Below are positions 24,791 through 36,538 of a stretch of 64,000 nt of DNA, in pieces; positions within the stretch are counted from its first letter, which is position 1, and each line of letters starts with the position of its first letter. This DNA comes from Macrostomum lignano. Taxonomy: Eukaryota. Location: positions 248,001 to 312,000 of the forward strand of contig NIVC01000666.1 of NCBI GenBank assembly GCA_002269645.1, read 5' to 3'. A program made the position numbers and the translations under genes. Below the pieces are notes generated by a model. It ran no database searches, was not told the origin of the DNA, and saw nothing but the letters and a program-made list of their open reading frames with translations.

Positions 24791-25104
24791 GTGAGGAGAT
24801 GATTGATAAGTTGAACACATCTATCTGTGTTTTTGATATGCGAGAGATTCAATCTATACTACTGAGAAAAAGTAGGCGAATAAAGATTTGAATTGTAAAA
24901 TCTCTCACATAACCCGAGAAATGTCGCCATAAAAGAAACGTCTGTGCCCACAGAGAGTAGATGTTTAAATCTTATTCGTCTACTTTCTCAGTAGTCTGAA
25001 TTGAAAATCTCCACAATAAAAGGTATCACTGTAAGGTTAGTAAAGCTTAGAATAATCGATTTATACCCATATTTCTGTGCCAAGAGAACACAGCAGTGAC
25101 TAGC

Positions 25105-26121
25105 ATGGACCGGCAGGCCAAGATAGAGAAGCTGAAGGCGCAGGTGGACTCTGTCCGTATCGGCGGCAAGGGCTCCGCCCGCCGCAAGAAGAAGGTTCTG
25201 CACAAGAACACTGGGACTGACGAGCGGAAGGTCACCGCCACGCTGAAGAAGCTGGGCGTCAATTCCATACCCGGCATCGAGGAGGTGAACATGTTCAAGG
25301 ATAACAACGAGGTCATTCACTTCAACAATCCCAAGGTGCAGGCCTCTCTGCAGGCCAACACCTTCGCCATCACTGGCCAGTCTGAGACCAAGCGGCTCAC
25401 CGAGCTGCTGCCCACAGTCTGGAACCAGATGGGGCCGGACAACTTCGCCAACCTCAAGAGGCTGGCTACTGGTGCCGGGGGCCTTGGTGAGTGCTGCAGC
25501 TGCTGCTGCGCTTTTTGCTGGGCTCTGGCGTTCACTTATCCTTCACCCATCCCTTCACCCATCCCACTTCACCCATCCCACTTCACCCATCCCTTCACCC
25601 ATCCCTTTACCTATCCCTTCACCCATCCCTTCACCCATCCCACTTCACCCATCCCACTTCATTCATCCCTTCACCCATCCCTTCACTCATCCCTTCATTC
25701 ATCCCTTCACTCATTCCTTCACCCATCCCCTCACTCACCCCTTCACTCATTCCTTCACCCATCCCCTCACTCACCCCTTCACTCATTCCTTCACCCATCC
25801 CCTCACTCACCCCTTCACTTATTCCTTCACCCATCCCTTCACTCATCCCTTCACCCATCCCTTCACTCATCCCTTCACCTATCTCCTCACTCATCCCTTC
25901 ACTCATCCCTTCACGCATCCCTTCACTCATCCCTTCACTCATCCCTTCACTCATCCCTTCACCCTCGTCACCCCGTAGGCCTGTCTCAGCCAGAGGAAGG
26001 CGCCGCTGGAGGCGCTGTCGACAGCGCTGGGACGGCGGCCTCGGGCGCTGCCGCCGCTGCCGACGACGACGACGTCCCGGAGCTGGTCGGCAACTTCGAC
26101 GAGGCCGCCAAGACCGAATGA
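25105..26121 (+). CDS. BTF3: Nascent polypeptide-associated complex beta subunit; exons 25105-25486, 25979-26121; 174 aa
   Basis: [52 protein letters not shown] and C-terminal [16 protein letters not shown]; phase-1 GT-AG intron. Confidence 0.97.
   Translation: MDRQAKIEKLKAQVDSVRIGGKGSARRKKKVLHKNTGTDERKVTATLKKLGVNSIPGIEEVNMFKDNNEVIHFNNPKVQASLQANTFAITGQSETKRLTELLPTVWNQMGPDNFANLKRLATGAGGLGECCSCCCAFCWALAFTYPSPIPSPIPLHPSHFTHPFTHPFTYPFTHPFTHPTSPIPLHSSLHPSLHSSLHSSLHSFLHPSPHSPLHSFLHPSPHSPLHSFLHPSPHSPLHLFLHPSLHSSLHPSLHSSLHLSPHSSLHSSLHASLHSSLHSSLHSSLHPRHPVGLSQPEEGAAGGAVDSAGTAASGAAAAADDDDVPELVGNFDEAAKTE
25530..25965. repeat. 12-bp minisatellite (ATCCCTTCACYC), BTF3 intron
   Basis: Tandem copies fill the intron. 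Confidence 0.93.
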
Positions 26122-26484
26122 AATTCGGGGCAAAATTGTTGTGACCGCTCGCGCCCTACTACAAGTATGGATTTGTCAGTTATTATTCTGTTAAGCAAAG
26201 CGCGCAAACTTTAGTGCGCTTCTGTCCCAATGCATTCATCATTCTAATATCTGTTTGAGTCGGATTTTTGTTCCAAAATATTTTGCTAAATTTTGCTTGC
26301 CTTAATATTTCTCGTCTGAGCTGGTGTCACGGCGGCTAAAGGGTTCCCCTCTTTGCGATTCAGGTCCCCTATATGTGTGTGCTTAGCATTGTACTTTTAG
26401 CTCTTATTTTCTCTTATTGTCCAGGTCGTTGAACCTAGTCAACGAGTTACTGAGTTACCAATTTTTGTGTCCTCCGCAATCCCA

Positions 26485-27010
26485 TTGGGATGAGATTCTT
26501 TGGGATTTAAATCCCATAGGGATGAGATTCTTTGGGATTTAAATCCCATAGGGATGAGATTCTTTGGGATTTAAATCCTATAGGGATGAGATTCTTTGGG
26601 ATTTAAATCCCATAGGAATGAGATTCTTTAGAATTTAGATCACATAGGGATGAGATTCTTTGGGATTTAAATCCAATAGAGATGAGATTCTTTGGGATTT
26701 AAATCCCATAGGGATGAGATTCTTTGGGATTTAAATCCAATAGAGATGAGATTCTTTGGGATTTAAATCCCATAGGGATGAGATTCTTTGGGATTTAAAT
26801 CCAATAGGGATGAGATTCTTTGGGATTTAAATCCGATAGGGATGAGATTCTTTGGGATTTAAATCCGATAGGGATGAGATTCTTTGGGATTTAAATCCGA
26901 TAGGGATGAGATTCTTTGGGATTTAATTCCATAGGGATGAGATTCTTTGGGATTTAAATCCCATAGGGATGAGATTCTTTGGGATTTAACTCCCATAGGG
27001 ATGAGATTGT
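26485..27010. repeat. 32-bp minisatellite containing the palindrome TGGGATTTAAATCCCA
   Basis: Unit GGGATGAGATTCTTTGGGATTTAAATCCCATA. Confidence 0.96.
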
Positions 27011-27299
27011 TTGTGTTAACCGACCCGACTGCAGTTGAGTGGAGAATCTGCAATGTTCTGAGCAACCCCCGTGTCTGTCTGTCCCATCAATAATTTAAAA
27101 ATAAGCTCAAATTAAAACAGATTTTGAGTACATGTTGTGCTTTTGTAACTGTCTTGAGTCCTGGGCTTAAATGTGGTAAATATATACGCTAACAGTAAAT
27201 GAATTGTTGTTGTAGCCTGCTGTGGGGTCAGACTTTTTGGCAATAATGCTTTTTAATATTATTTTTTATGAGAATAAAATGGGTCATTTTTACTTACCT

Positions 27300-29380
27300 T
27301 TGCCTGCCCTTCCCCTGTCCCCTCTCCCCCTCTTCCCTGTCCCCACTTCCCTATCCCCTCTTCCCTATCCCCTCTTCCCTGTCCCCACTTCCCTATCCCC
27401 TCTTCCCTATCCCCTCTTCCCTATCCCCTCCTCCCTATCCCCTCTTCCCTGTCCCCTCTTCCATATCCCCTCCTCCCTATCCCCTCTTCCCTATCCCCTC
27501 TTCCCAATCCTCTCTTCCCTATCCCCTCCTCCCTATCCCCTCTTCCCTATCCCCTCTTCCCTGTCCCCTCTTCCCTATCCCCTTCTCCCTATCCCCTCTT
27601 CCCTGTCCCCTCTTCCCTATCCCCTCTTCTCTATCCCCTCTTCCTTATCCCCTCTTCCTTATCCCCTCTTCCCTATCCCCTCTTCCCTATCCCCTCCTCC
27701 CTATCCCCTCTTCCCTATCCCTTCTTCCCTGTCCCCACTTCCCTATCCCCTCTTCCCTGTCCCCTCTTCCCTATCCTCTCTTCCCTATCCTCTCTTCCCT
27801 ATCCCCTCTTCCCTATCCTCTCTTCCCTATCCCCTCCTCCCTATCCCCTCTTCCCTATCCCCTCTTCCCTGTCCCCTCTTCCCTATCCCCTCTTCCCTGT
27901 CCCCTCTTCCCTATCCCCTCTTCCCTGTCCCCTCTTCCCTATCCTCTCTTCCCTCTTCCCTATCCTCTCTTCCCTATCCCTCCTCCCAATCCTCTCTTCC
28001 CTATCCCCTCTTCCCTATCCCCTCCTCCCTATCCCCTCTTCCCTGTCCCCTCTTCCCTATCCCCTCTTCCCTATCCCCTCTTCCCTATCCCCTCTTCCCT
28101 ATCCCCTCCTCCCTATCCCCTCTTCCCTATCCCCTCTTCCCTGTCCCCTCTTCCCTATCCCCTCCCTATCCCCTCTTCCCTATCCCCTCTTCCCAATCCT
28201 CTCTTCCCTGTCCTCTCTTCCCTATCCCCTCTACCCTATCCCCTCTTCCTTGTCCCCTCTTCCCTATCCTCCTCCCTGTCCCCTCTTCCCTATCCTCTCT
28301 TCCCTCTTCCCTATCCTCTCTTCCCTATCCCCTCCTCCCTATCCTCTCCTCCCTGTCCCCTCTTCCCTATCCCCTCCTCCCTATCCCCTCTTCCCTATCC
28401 CCTCCTCCCTATCCCCTCTTCCCTATCCTCCTCCCTGTCCCCTCTTCCCTATCCTCTCTTCCCTCTTCCCTATCCTCTTTTTCCTTATCCCCTCCTCCCT
28501 ATCCTCTCCTCCCTGTCCCCTCTTCCCTATCCCCTCCTCCCTATCCCCTCTTCCCTATCCCCTCCTCCCTATCCCCTCTTCCCTATCCTCTCTTCCTTAT
28601 CCTCTCTTCCCTATCCCCTTCTCCCTATCCCCTCTTCCCTATCCCCTCCTCCCTATCCCCTCTTCCCTATCCCCTCCTCCCTATCCCCTCTTCCCTATCC
28701 TCTCTTCCTTATCCTCTCTTCCCTATCCCCTTCTCCCTATCCCCTCTTCCCTATCCCCTCCTCCCTATCCCCTCTTCCCTATCCCCTCCTCCCTATCCCC
28801 TCTTCCCTATCCTCTCTTCCTTATCCTCTCTTCCCTATCCCCTCTTCTCTATCCCCTCTTCCCTATCCCCTCCTCCCTATCCCCTCTTCCCTATCCTCTC
28901 TTCCCTATCCCCTCCTCCCTATCCTCTCCTCCCTGTCCCCTCTTCCCTATCCCCTCCTCCCTATCCCCTCTTCCCTATCCCCTCCTCCCTATCCCCTCTT
29001 CCCTATCCTCTCTTCCTTATCCTCTCTTCCCTATCCCCTTCTCCCTATCCCCTCTTCCCTATCCCCTCCTCCCTATCCCCTCTTCCCTATCCCCTCCTCC
29101 CTATCCCCTCTTCCCTATCCCCTCTTCCCTATCCTCTCTTCCTTATCCTCTCTTCCCTATCCCCTTCTCCCTATCCCCTCTTCCCTATCCCCTCCTCCCT
29201 ATCCCCTCTTCCCTATCCCCTCCTCCCTATCCCCTCTTCCCTATCCTCTCTTCCCTATCCCCTCTTTATCCCCTCTCGCCTGTCACCTCTTCCCCCTCTT
29301 CTCACCCTCTTCTCTTTCTTTCCCGTCCTCTTCTCTGCCCTCTCCCCTGTCCCTCTTCCCAGTCCCATTTCCCTGATCAA
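27300..29380. repeat. ~2-kb polypyrimidine minisatellite (14-bp CCCCTCTTCCCTAT)
   Basis: Tandem copies; source of the 700-aa Pro/Leu/Ser pseudo-ORFs. Confidence 0.97.
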
Positions 29381-29454
29381 ACACACGTAAGCACTAGCTA
29401 TTCAAAGCTAATATTCCTAATTAATGATCCACAAGCCTGTCCGGTCGCTATCCG

Positions 29455-32400
29455 ATGCATGCACCCACTGCCGGCCGCACAGGCATGCTGAAAATAAACA
29501 AAAAGTTTGCTAAAAAATACGACGAGTATCGTCGCAAAGAGGAGCTGCAAAAGTGTGAGTGGGGCCCGGGTTTTTGGTGACAAGAGGGGATTAGAATTGC
29601 GATTAAGCAGAAAGTTAATAAAGTCAATGGATATACATTCTGGGGATCAGAGAGACGGTGAGAATAAGAAACAGGGGGGCAGTGGCACACAGGGGGCATC
29701 CGGTAGGTTTTAGGACACAATCAGGCAGTGACACACAGGGGCAATGACTTACAATCAGGCAGTGACACACAGGGGCAATGACTTACAATCAGGCAGTGAC
29801 ACACAATCCAGCAGTGACACACAATCAGGCAGTGACACACAGGGGCAATGACTTACAATCAGGCAGTGACACACATGGGCAATGACTTACAATCAGGCAG
29901 TGACACACAGGGGGCATCCGGTAGGTTTTAGGACACAATCAGGCAGTGACACACAGGGGCAATGACTTACAATCAGGCAGTGACACACAGGGGCAATGAC
30001 TTACAATCAGGCAGTGACACACAATCCAGCAGTGACACACAATCAGGCAGTGACACACAGGGGCAATGACTTACAATCAGGCAGTGACACACATGGGCAA
30101 TGACTTACAATCAGGCAGTGACACACAGGGGCAATGACTTACAATCAGGCAGTGACACACAATCCAGCAGTGACACACAATCAGGCAGTGACACTCAATC
30201 AGGCAGTGACACACAGGGGCAATGACTTACAATCAGGCAGTGACACACAATCTGGCAATGACACAATCAGGCAGTGACACACAATCAAGCAGTGACACAA
30301 TCAGGCAGTGACACACAATCAGGCAATGACACACAATCAAGCAGTGACACACAATCAGGCAGTGACACACAATCAAGCAGTGACACAATCAGGCAATGAC
30401 ACACAATCAAGCAGTGACACAATCAGGCAATGACACACAATCAAGCAGTGACACAATCAGGCAGTGACACACAATCAGGCAATGACACACAATCAAGCAG
30501 TGACACACAATCAGGCAGTGACACACAATCAAGCAGTGACACAATCAGGCAATGACACACAATCAAGCAGTGACACACAATCAGGCAGTGACACACAATC
30601 AGGCGGTGACACACAATCAAGCAGTGACACACAATCAGGCAGTGACACACAATCAGGCAGTGACACACAATCAGGCAATGACACAATCAGGCAGTGACAC
30701 ACAATCAAGCAGTGGCACACAATCAAGCAGTGACACACAATCAGGCAGTGACACACAATCAGGCAGTGACACACAATCAGGCAGTGACACACAATCAGGC
30801 AATGACACAATCAGGCAATGACACAATCAGGCAGTGACACACAATCAGGCAATGACACAATCAGGCAGTGACACACAATCAGGCAGTGACACACAAGCGT
30901 CTCTAATCCACGCCCCCGCCTCCCGGCAGTCAAGGACAAATACGGAGATGTAAAGCTGAGCCAGGCAAAGTCAGCCACAGAGGCTGCGGACGCCTCAGAG
31001 TCATCCGAGTCCTCTGAGTCTAGCTCAGACTCGGAGCCCCAGGGCTGGACCCCTGGCACAGAGACCGGCTTCCTCCGGGTCTACGCGGCCCTTCAGTCTG
31101 GGGACTCCCGGCTGTACGATCCCAAAGTCAACTGGTTCCAGGAGGACGAGGAGGCCAGCGATGAAGCTGAGGATGCTGGAAGCGATGAGGCGGAGAAGGA
31201 AGAAAAACACAAGCCGATGTACTATAATGAGTTTCATAGGAAATTCCTGCTCGAAGGAGCGTAGTAAGTGTTCTAAAAGTACATTGAAAGCTATTAAAAG
31301 TACATTAGAGACTAAACCAATGACAAATATTTGCGTTTGTGTCTTCAAGACTTTTTTAATTCATTGCTTTGCATTTCCAACTGTGACAGCAAGACAGGCG
31401 AGGACTCCGCAACTGCCGCTGCGCCCGATGCCGAGGTGCGGGAGAATCTCCGAGAGGCTGAACGGATACGGGACTCGCTGGCTAAGGCTCAGTGAGTGCT
31501 GCTGTGTACTGCTCGCCTTCCGCCTCCTTCTCTCGCTCTCCCCTCCGCCCTCTCCCTCCGCCCTCCGTCTGCCCTCTCCCTCCGCCCTCCGTCTGCCCTC
31601 TCCCTCCGCCCTCCCTCCGCCCTCTCCCTCCGCCCTCCGTCTGCCCTCTCCCTCCGCCCTCTCCCTCTGCCCTCCCCCTCTCCCTCTGCTCTGCCCTCTC
31701 CCTCCGCCCTCTCCCTCTGCCCTCCCCCTCTCCCTCTGCTCTGCCCTCTCCCTCCGCCCTCTCCGTCTGCCCCCTTCTCCATCTCTTTTCCTCCACCTCT
31801 CCCACTGCCCCCTACCAAAGCCTTTACCTTCTCTTTAGTTTCCCTCCCATACCTATAGGCCTGCAATCTTCTCCCCGCTGCTTCTCACGACCCTGCTTGT
31901 GTTCCACTTCTACCTTTGCAGCGCCAATTACTCCAAAGCCAAGGCTAACGGCAAGGATGGCAGCGAAGAGGAAGACGAGGAGGATTTTCTGGTGAAACGC
32001 CGACCCGGCGACCAGCAGGCGAATGGCGAGGGCGACGGCGATGACCCGATGCTGCGCTTGCACCGATTTGTTGCCGAGCCCAGCGACTCCGGGGATGGGC
32101 TGGAGCCCGAGTGCAAGGCTGACCTGGTAGGGTTTGAGTAGATCCGGCAGGGTTTTGGTAGATCTGGTAGGGTTTGAGTAGATCTGGTAGGGTTTGAGTA
32201 GATCTGGTGGGATTTGGGTAGATCTCGTAGGGTTTGAGTAGATCTGAGGTTTGGGAACATCCTGTAGGTTTTGGGAACATCCGGTAGGTTTTGGAAACAT
32301 CCGGTAGGTTTTGAAAACACCCGGTAGGTTTTGGGAACTTTCAGTAGGTTTTGGGAACATTCGGTAGGTTTTGGGAACATCCGGTAGGTTTTGGAAACAT

Positions 32401-35400
32401 CCGGTAGGTTTTGAAAACACCCGGTAGGTTTTGGGAACTTTCAGTAGGTTTTGGGAACATCCGGTAGGTTTTGGGAACATCCGGTAGGTTTCGGGAACAT
32501 CCGGTAGGTTTAGGGAACATCCGGTAGGTTTGGGGAACATCCGGTAGGTTTAGGGAACATCCGGTAGGTTTTGGGAACATCCGGTAGGTTTTGGGAACAT
32601 CCGGTAGGTTTCGGGAACATCCGGTAGGTTTTGGGAACATCCGGTAGGTTTCGGGAACATCCGGTAGGTGTTGGGAACATCCGGTAGTTCACGGGCACCC
32701 CAGCGCGAACATCTCGGTCTCCCGCAGGCGCAGCTGAAGCGCCACTGGACAGACGACTCCAAACTGACAGAGGCGGAGCGCTACCTCCGGGACTTCATCA
32801 CCAAGGAGTTCTGGCGCCGGCGGCGGCAGCGCCAGCAGCAACCGGCAGAAGCGCCGTCTGAGTCGAATTCGGAGGCCGCCCTGTCCGAAGACGAGGCCTT
32901 CTTAACCAAACAGTCCGAGTTCGAATCCCGTTGGAACGGCCGGACAGACGAGCGAGATCCGGAGTTCGAGTCCGGCTTCCAGCGCACCTTTGCCAGCGGA
33001 GACGGGCAGCTGGACGGAGACTCCGATGACGATGAGCTGTTCGTGGCCAAGAAGGCCTGCCCGGCGACTGCCCAGGAGCTCGAGCTGGACGAACAGACCG
33101 CTGAACTGCTGCGGCTGGAGGAGCGGCGAGGCCGGAAGCCTCCACAGCCGGCAGGCGAGGATGAGGAAGCTGAGCGGCTGCCGGATGATGACGATGAGGC
33201 AGCTGGGGGCGAGGCTGGGGAGGCTGGCATCCGCAGCTACCCTCGCCGAATCGGCGATTCGCTTCGCCAGTCGACCGCCGACGCCGACCGGTCACGCCGT
33301 CGCGCCGAGCTCCGGGAGCGTCGGCGGGCGGATCGGCTGACCAGGCGGCGCGAGTTCGACGCGGCGGCCAGGATGAAGGCAGCCGAGCTGGAGCGGCGGC
33401 TGGAGCGGCTGCGGCGAAATGCCGGCATCGGCGACGTCGCCAAGGACTGCGAAGGCGAGGACGAGGCCGGCCGGGACCGACTGGCCGACACCCTGGGCGG
33501 CGACTTCCTCGACGAGGACTTCGACCCGGTCGAGCACGACCGCCGGATGGCCAGCCTGTTCGGCGAGGATTTCTACGGCGAGGCTCACGGTGACGAGAAG
33601 GCGGCGAAGAAGCCGCAGTTCAGCGAGGACGAAGATGAAGGCGAGGGCGAGACCGGCGAGTCGGTGGAGGAGCTTCGCCGCAGGCTGCAGGACGAGGCCG
33701 ACCGGCTTGGGGCGGAGGATCTGATCCGGGCCGGCCCCGGGGAGGCCGACCTGCCGTGCCGGTTCAACTATCGGCAGGTGAGCGGCGGGTTCACAGGCTC
33801 CGTTCACGGACTGTTCACACACTATTCACAGACTGTTCACACACTATTCACAGACTGTTCACACACTATTCACAGACTGTTCACACACTATTCACAGACT
33901 GTTCACACACTATTCACAGACTGTTCACACACTATTCACAGACTGTTCACACACTATTCACAGACTGTTCACACACTATTCACAGACTGTTCACACACTA
34001 TTCACAGACTGTTCACACACTATTCACAGACTGTTCACACACTATTCACAGACTGTTCACACACTATTCACAGACTGTTCACACACTATTCACAGACTGT
34101 TCGCACACTATTCACAGACTGTTCACACACTATTCACAGACTGTTCACACACTATTCACAGACTGTTCACACACTATTCACAGACTGTTCACACACTATT
34201 CACAGACTGTTCACACACTATTCACAGACTGTTCACACACTATTCACAGACTGTTCACACACTATTCACAGACTGTTCACACACTATTCACAGACTGTTC
34301 ACACACTATTCACAGACTGTTCACACACTATTCACAGACTGTTCGCACACTATTCACAGACTGTTCACACACTATTCACAGACTGTTCACACACTATTCA
34401 CAGACTGTTCACACACTATTCACAGACTGTTCACACACTATTCACAGACTGTTCACACACTATTCACAGACTGTTCACACACTATTCACAGACTGTTCAC
34501 ACACTATTCACAGACTGTTCACACACTATTCACAGACTGTTCACACACTATTCACAGACTGTTCACACACTATTCACAGACTGTTCACACACTATTCACA
34601 GACTGTTCACACAATATTCACAGACTGTTCACACACTATTCACAGACTGTTCACACACTATTCACAGACTGTTCACACACTATTCACATACTGTTCACAC
34701 ACTATTCACAGGTTGTTCACACAATATTCACAGACTGTTCACACACTATTCACAGACTGTTCACACACTATTCACAGACTGTTCACACACTATTCACATA
34801 CTGTTCACACACTATTCACAGGTTGTTCACACTCCATTCAGACTGTTCACACTCCATTCACAGACTGTTCACACCATTCACTGACTGTTCCCACACTATT
34901 CAGACTGTTCACACACCATTTACTGACTGTTCACACCATTCACTGACTGTTCACACCATTTACCGACTATTTACACACCATTCACAGACTGTTTACACCA
35001 TTCACAGACTGTTCACACTTAATTCACATATTGATCCTACTCTATTCACGCTCACATTCACCGACTCCATCCCCTGTCAGGTGGAGCCCAATGATTTCGG
35101 TCTGAGCGCCGTGGAGATTCTGCTGGCAGACGACCGGGAGCTGAACAGCTGGTGCTCGGTGCGCAAGGCCAGCCAGTACCGCGAGCGCGAGGCCGACTGG
35201 CGCGACCGGCGCCGATTTCGAAGCGCGCGCGCTCAGGAGCGCAAGACGCAACTCATGCCCGGCATGATGAAGCGGCTGGAGGCTGCGGCGGCCTATCCGG
35301 ACGCGAGGGCCTGGGCCGCAGCAGCCGCCGCCGGGCTGGACTTGGCGGGCGAGCCGGCCGGCGCGGCAGTTCAAAAGAAACGCCGGCGAAAGAAGCGAAA

Positions 35401-35716
35401 GCAGCAGCAGCAGCAGCAGGCGAAAGAAGAAACTGGAGAAGACGCTGAGCAGCAGCCGCGTTCGCGGAAGAAGCGACGCCTCCTATCGCAGCCTGAGCAG
35501 CAGGTTGCGGCAGCCGGTTCACAAGCCGCAGAATCAGCAACTACTTCGCAAAAGCAGAAGACGGTGCAGCAGAAAATTAAGAAGCACCAGAAGCAGAAGA
35601 AAAAGCCGGGCTCTGACGGGCGACTGCAGATCAGCGAGCAGCGACTGGCGGAGCTGGGCATCGATCCCAGGCAGTTCCGCCGGATGCAGAAGCAGAAAAA
35701 AGCTTCAGCATCGTGA
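29455..35716 (+). CDS. KRI1: KRI1 homolog (40S biogenesis factor); exons 29455 (or 29485)-29554, 30930-31263, 31390-31491, 31922-32126, 32728-33777, 35081-35716; ~800 aa
   Basis: [103 protein letters not shown]; all splice phases agree. Confidence 0.95.
29715..30895. repeat. 16-18-bp minisatellite (CAATCAGGCAGTGACACA) with higher-order duplications, KRI1 intron 1
   Basis: Tandem copies. Confidence 0.95.
31510..31770. repeat. C-rich repeat (CTCTCCCTCCGCC), KRI1 intron 3
   Basis: Tandem degenerate copies. Confidence 0.88.
32121..32690. repeat. Two successive 20-bp minisatellites (CTGGTAGGGTTTGAGTAGAT, then CATCCGGTAGGTTTTGGGAA), KRI1 intron 4
   Basis: Tandem copies starting at the donor site. 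Confidence 0.95.
33800..35020. repeat. 22-bp minisatellite (TTCACAGACTGTTCACACACTA), KRI1 intron 5
   Basis: Highly homogeneous tandem copies. Confidence 0.97.
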
Positions 35717-36538
35717 TTGACACCTCATTAATTATGTGGCTGCTCACGCATTTCTTAGAAAACTAAATAAAGCCGGCTGCTCACCGAGTTTTGAAATCAA
35801 ATTGACAAGTGAACGCGATATGAGCACTGCAATTTTTCATTTATTTAAAACTTCGATGTGTTTTGAATCATAAATACATGTATATTTTTATGATAATATA
35901 AAAATTCGAATAACACGCGGCTAATAATAATATTGGGTAATTGGATTAGCAGTACTGTACTACTGATGTACATGTAAGTAGTGTATAATAAAACTCCGGC
36001 TATTACGGAAAACCACAGTTCACGGAATATGCAACACGGAAAGACGAAGAAAATATATAATAGTCCGGTATTATCAAGTTATAATCCGCCTAGAACAGAG
36101 TTCCTGATTCATCCCAATTAAAAATGTTCGCAAAATTTACTGACAAAAAACTTACTAGCAGTAGATGCGAAGCCTTGACAGCTACCAAGATTATTGATTT
36201 TGCTAATCCCGATCCCGGGGGGAGGGGGTCAAGGCTGACCCCTCGCCAAGAAATGGCCCCCGGGAAATTTTTTCTTCGTTTGCCCTTTCGCGGTTACTGG
36301 TGGATCCGGGGGGTCAAGGGGGTTAACTGCCCCCCTCTCCGGGAAAATCCTGGATTCCCGCCACTGAATCAGCTGAATTTGGGATTCTGAAATCCGGGAT
36401 TTCGGGATTTTAATGCCGAAAAACCTGAAAGCTTCAATCCCGCTAGAGCAGTTTGCAGAAGCAATACGTCACACTGAAGCAAGTATAAATCATTTGATTA
36501 GTTCCGCGTTCCATGTAGGGGTTGCCATGGCAACAGCG

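Noticed and set aside
27222-29491. 400-720-aa Pro/Leu/Ser ORFs
   Set aside because: Stop-free by composition of the pyrimidine repeat; no domain.
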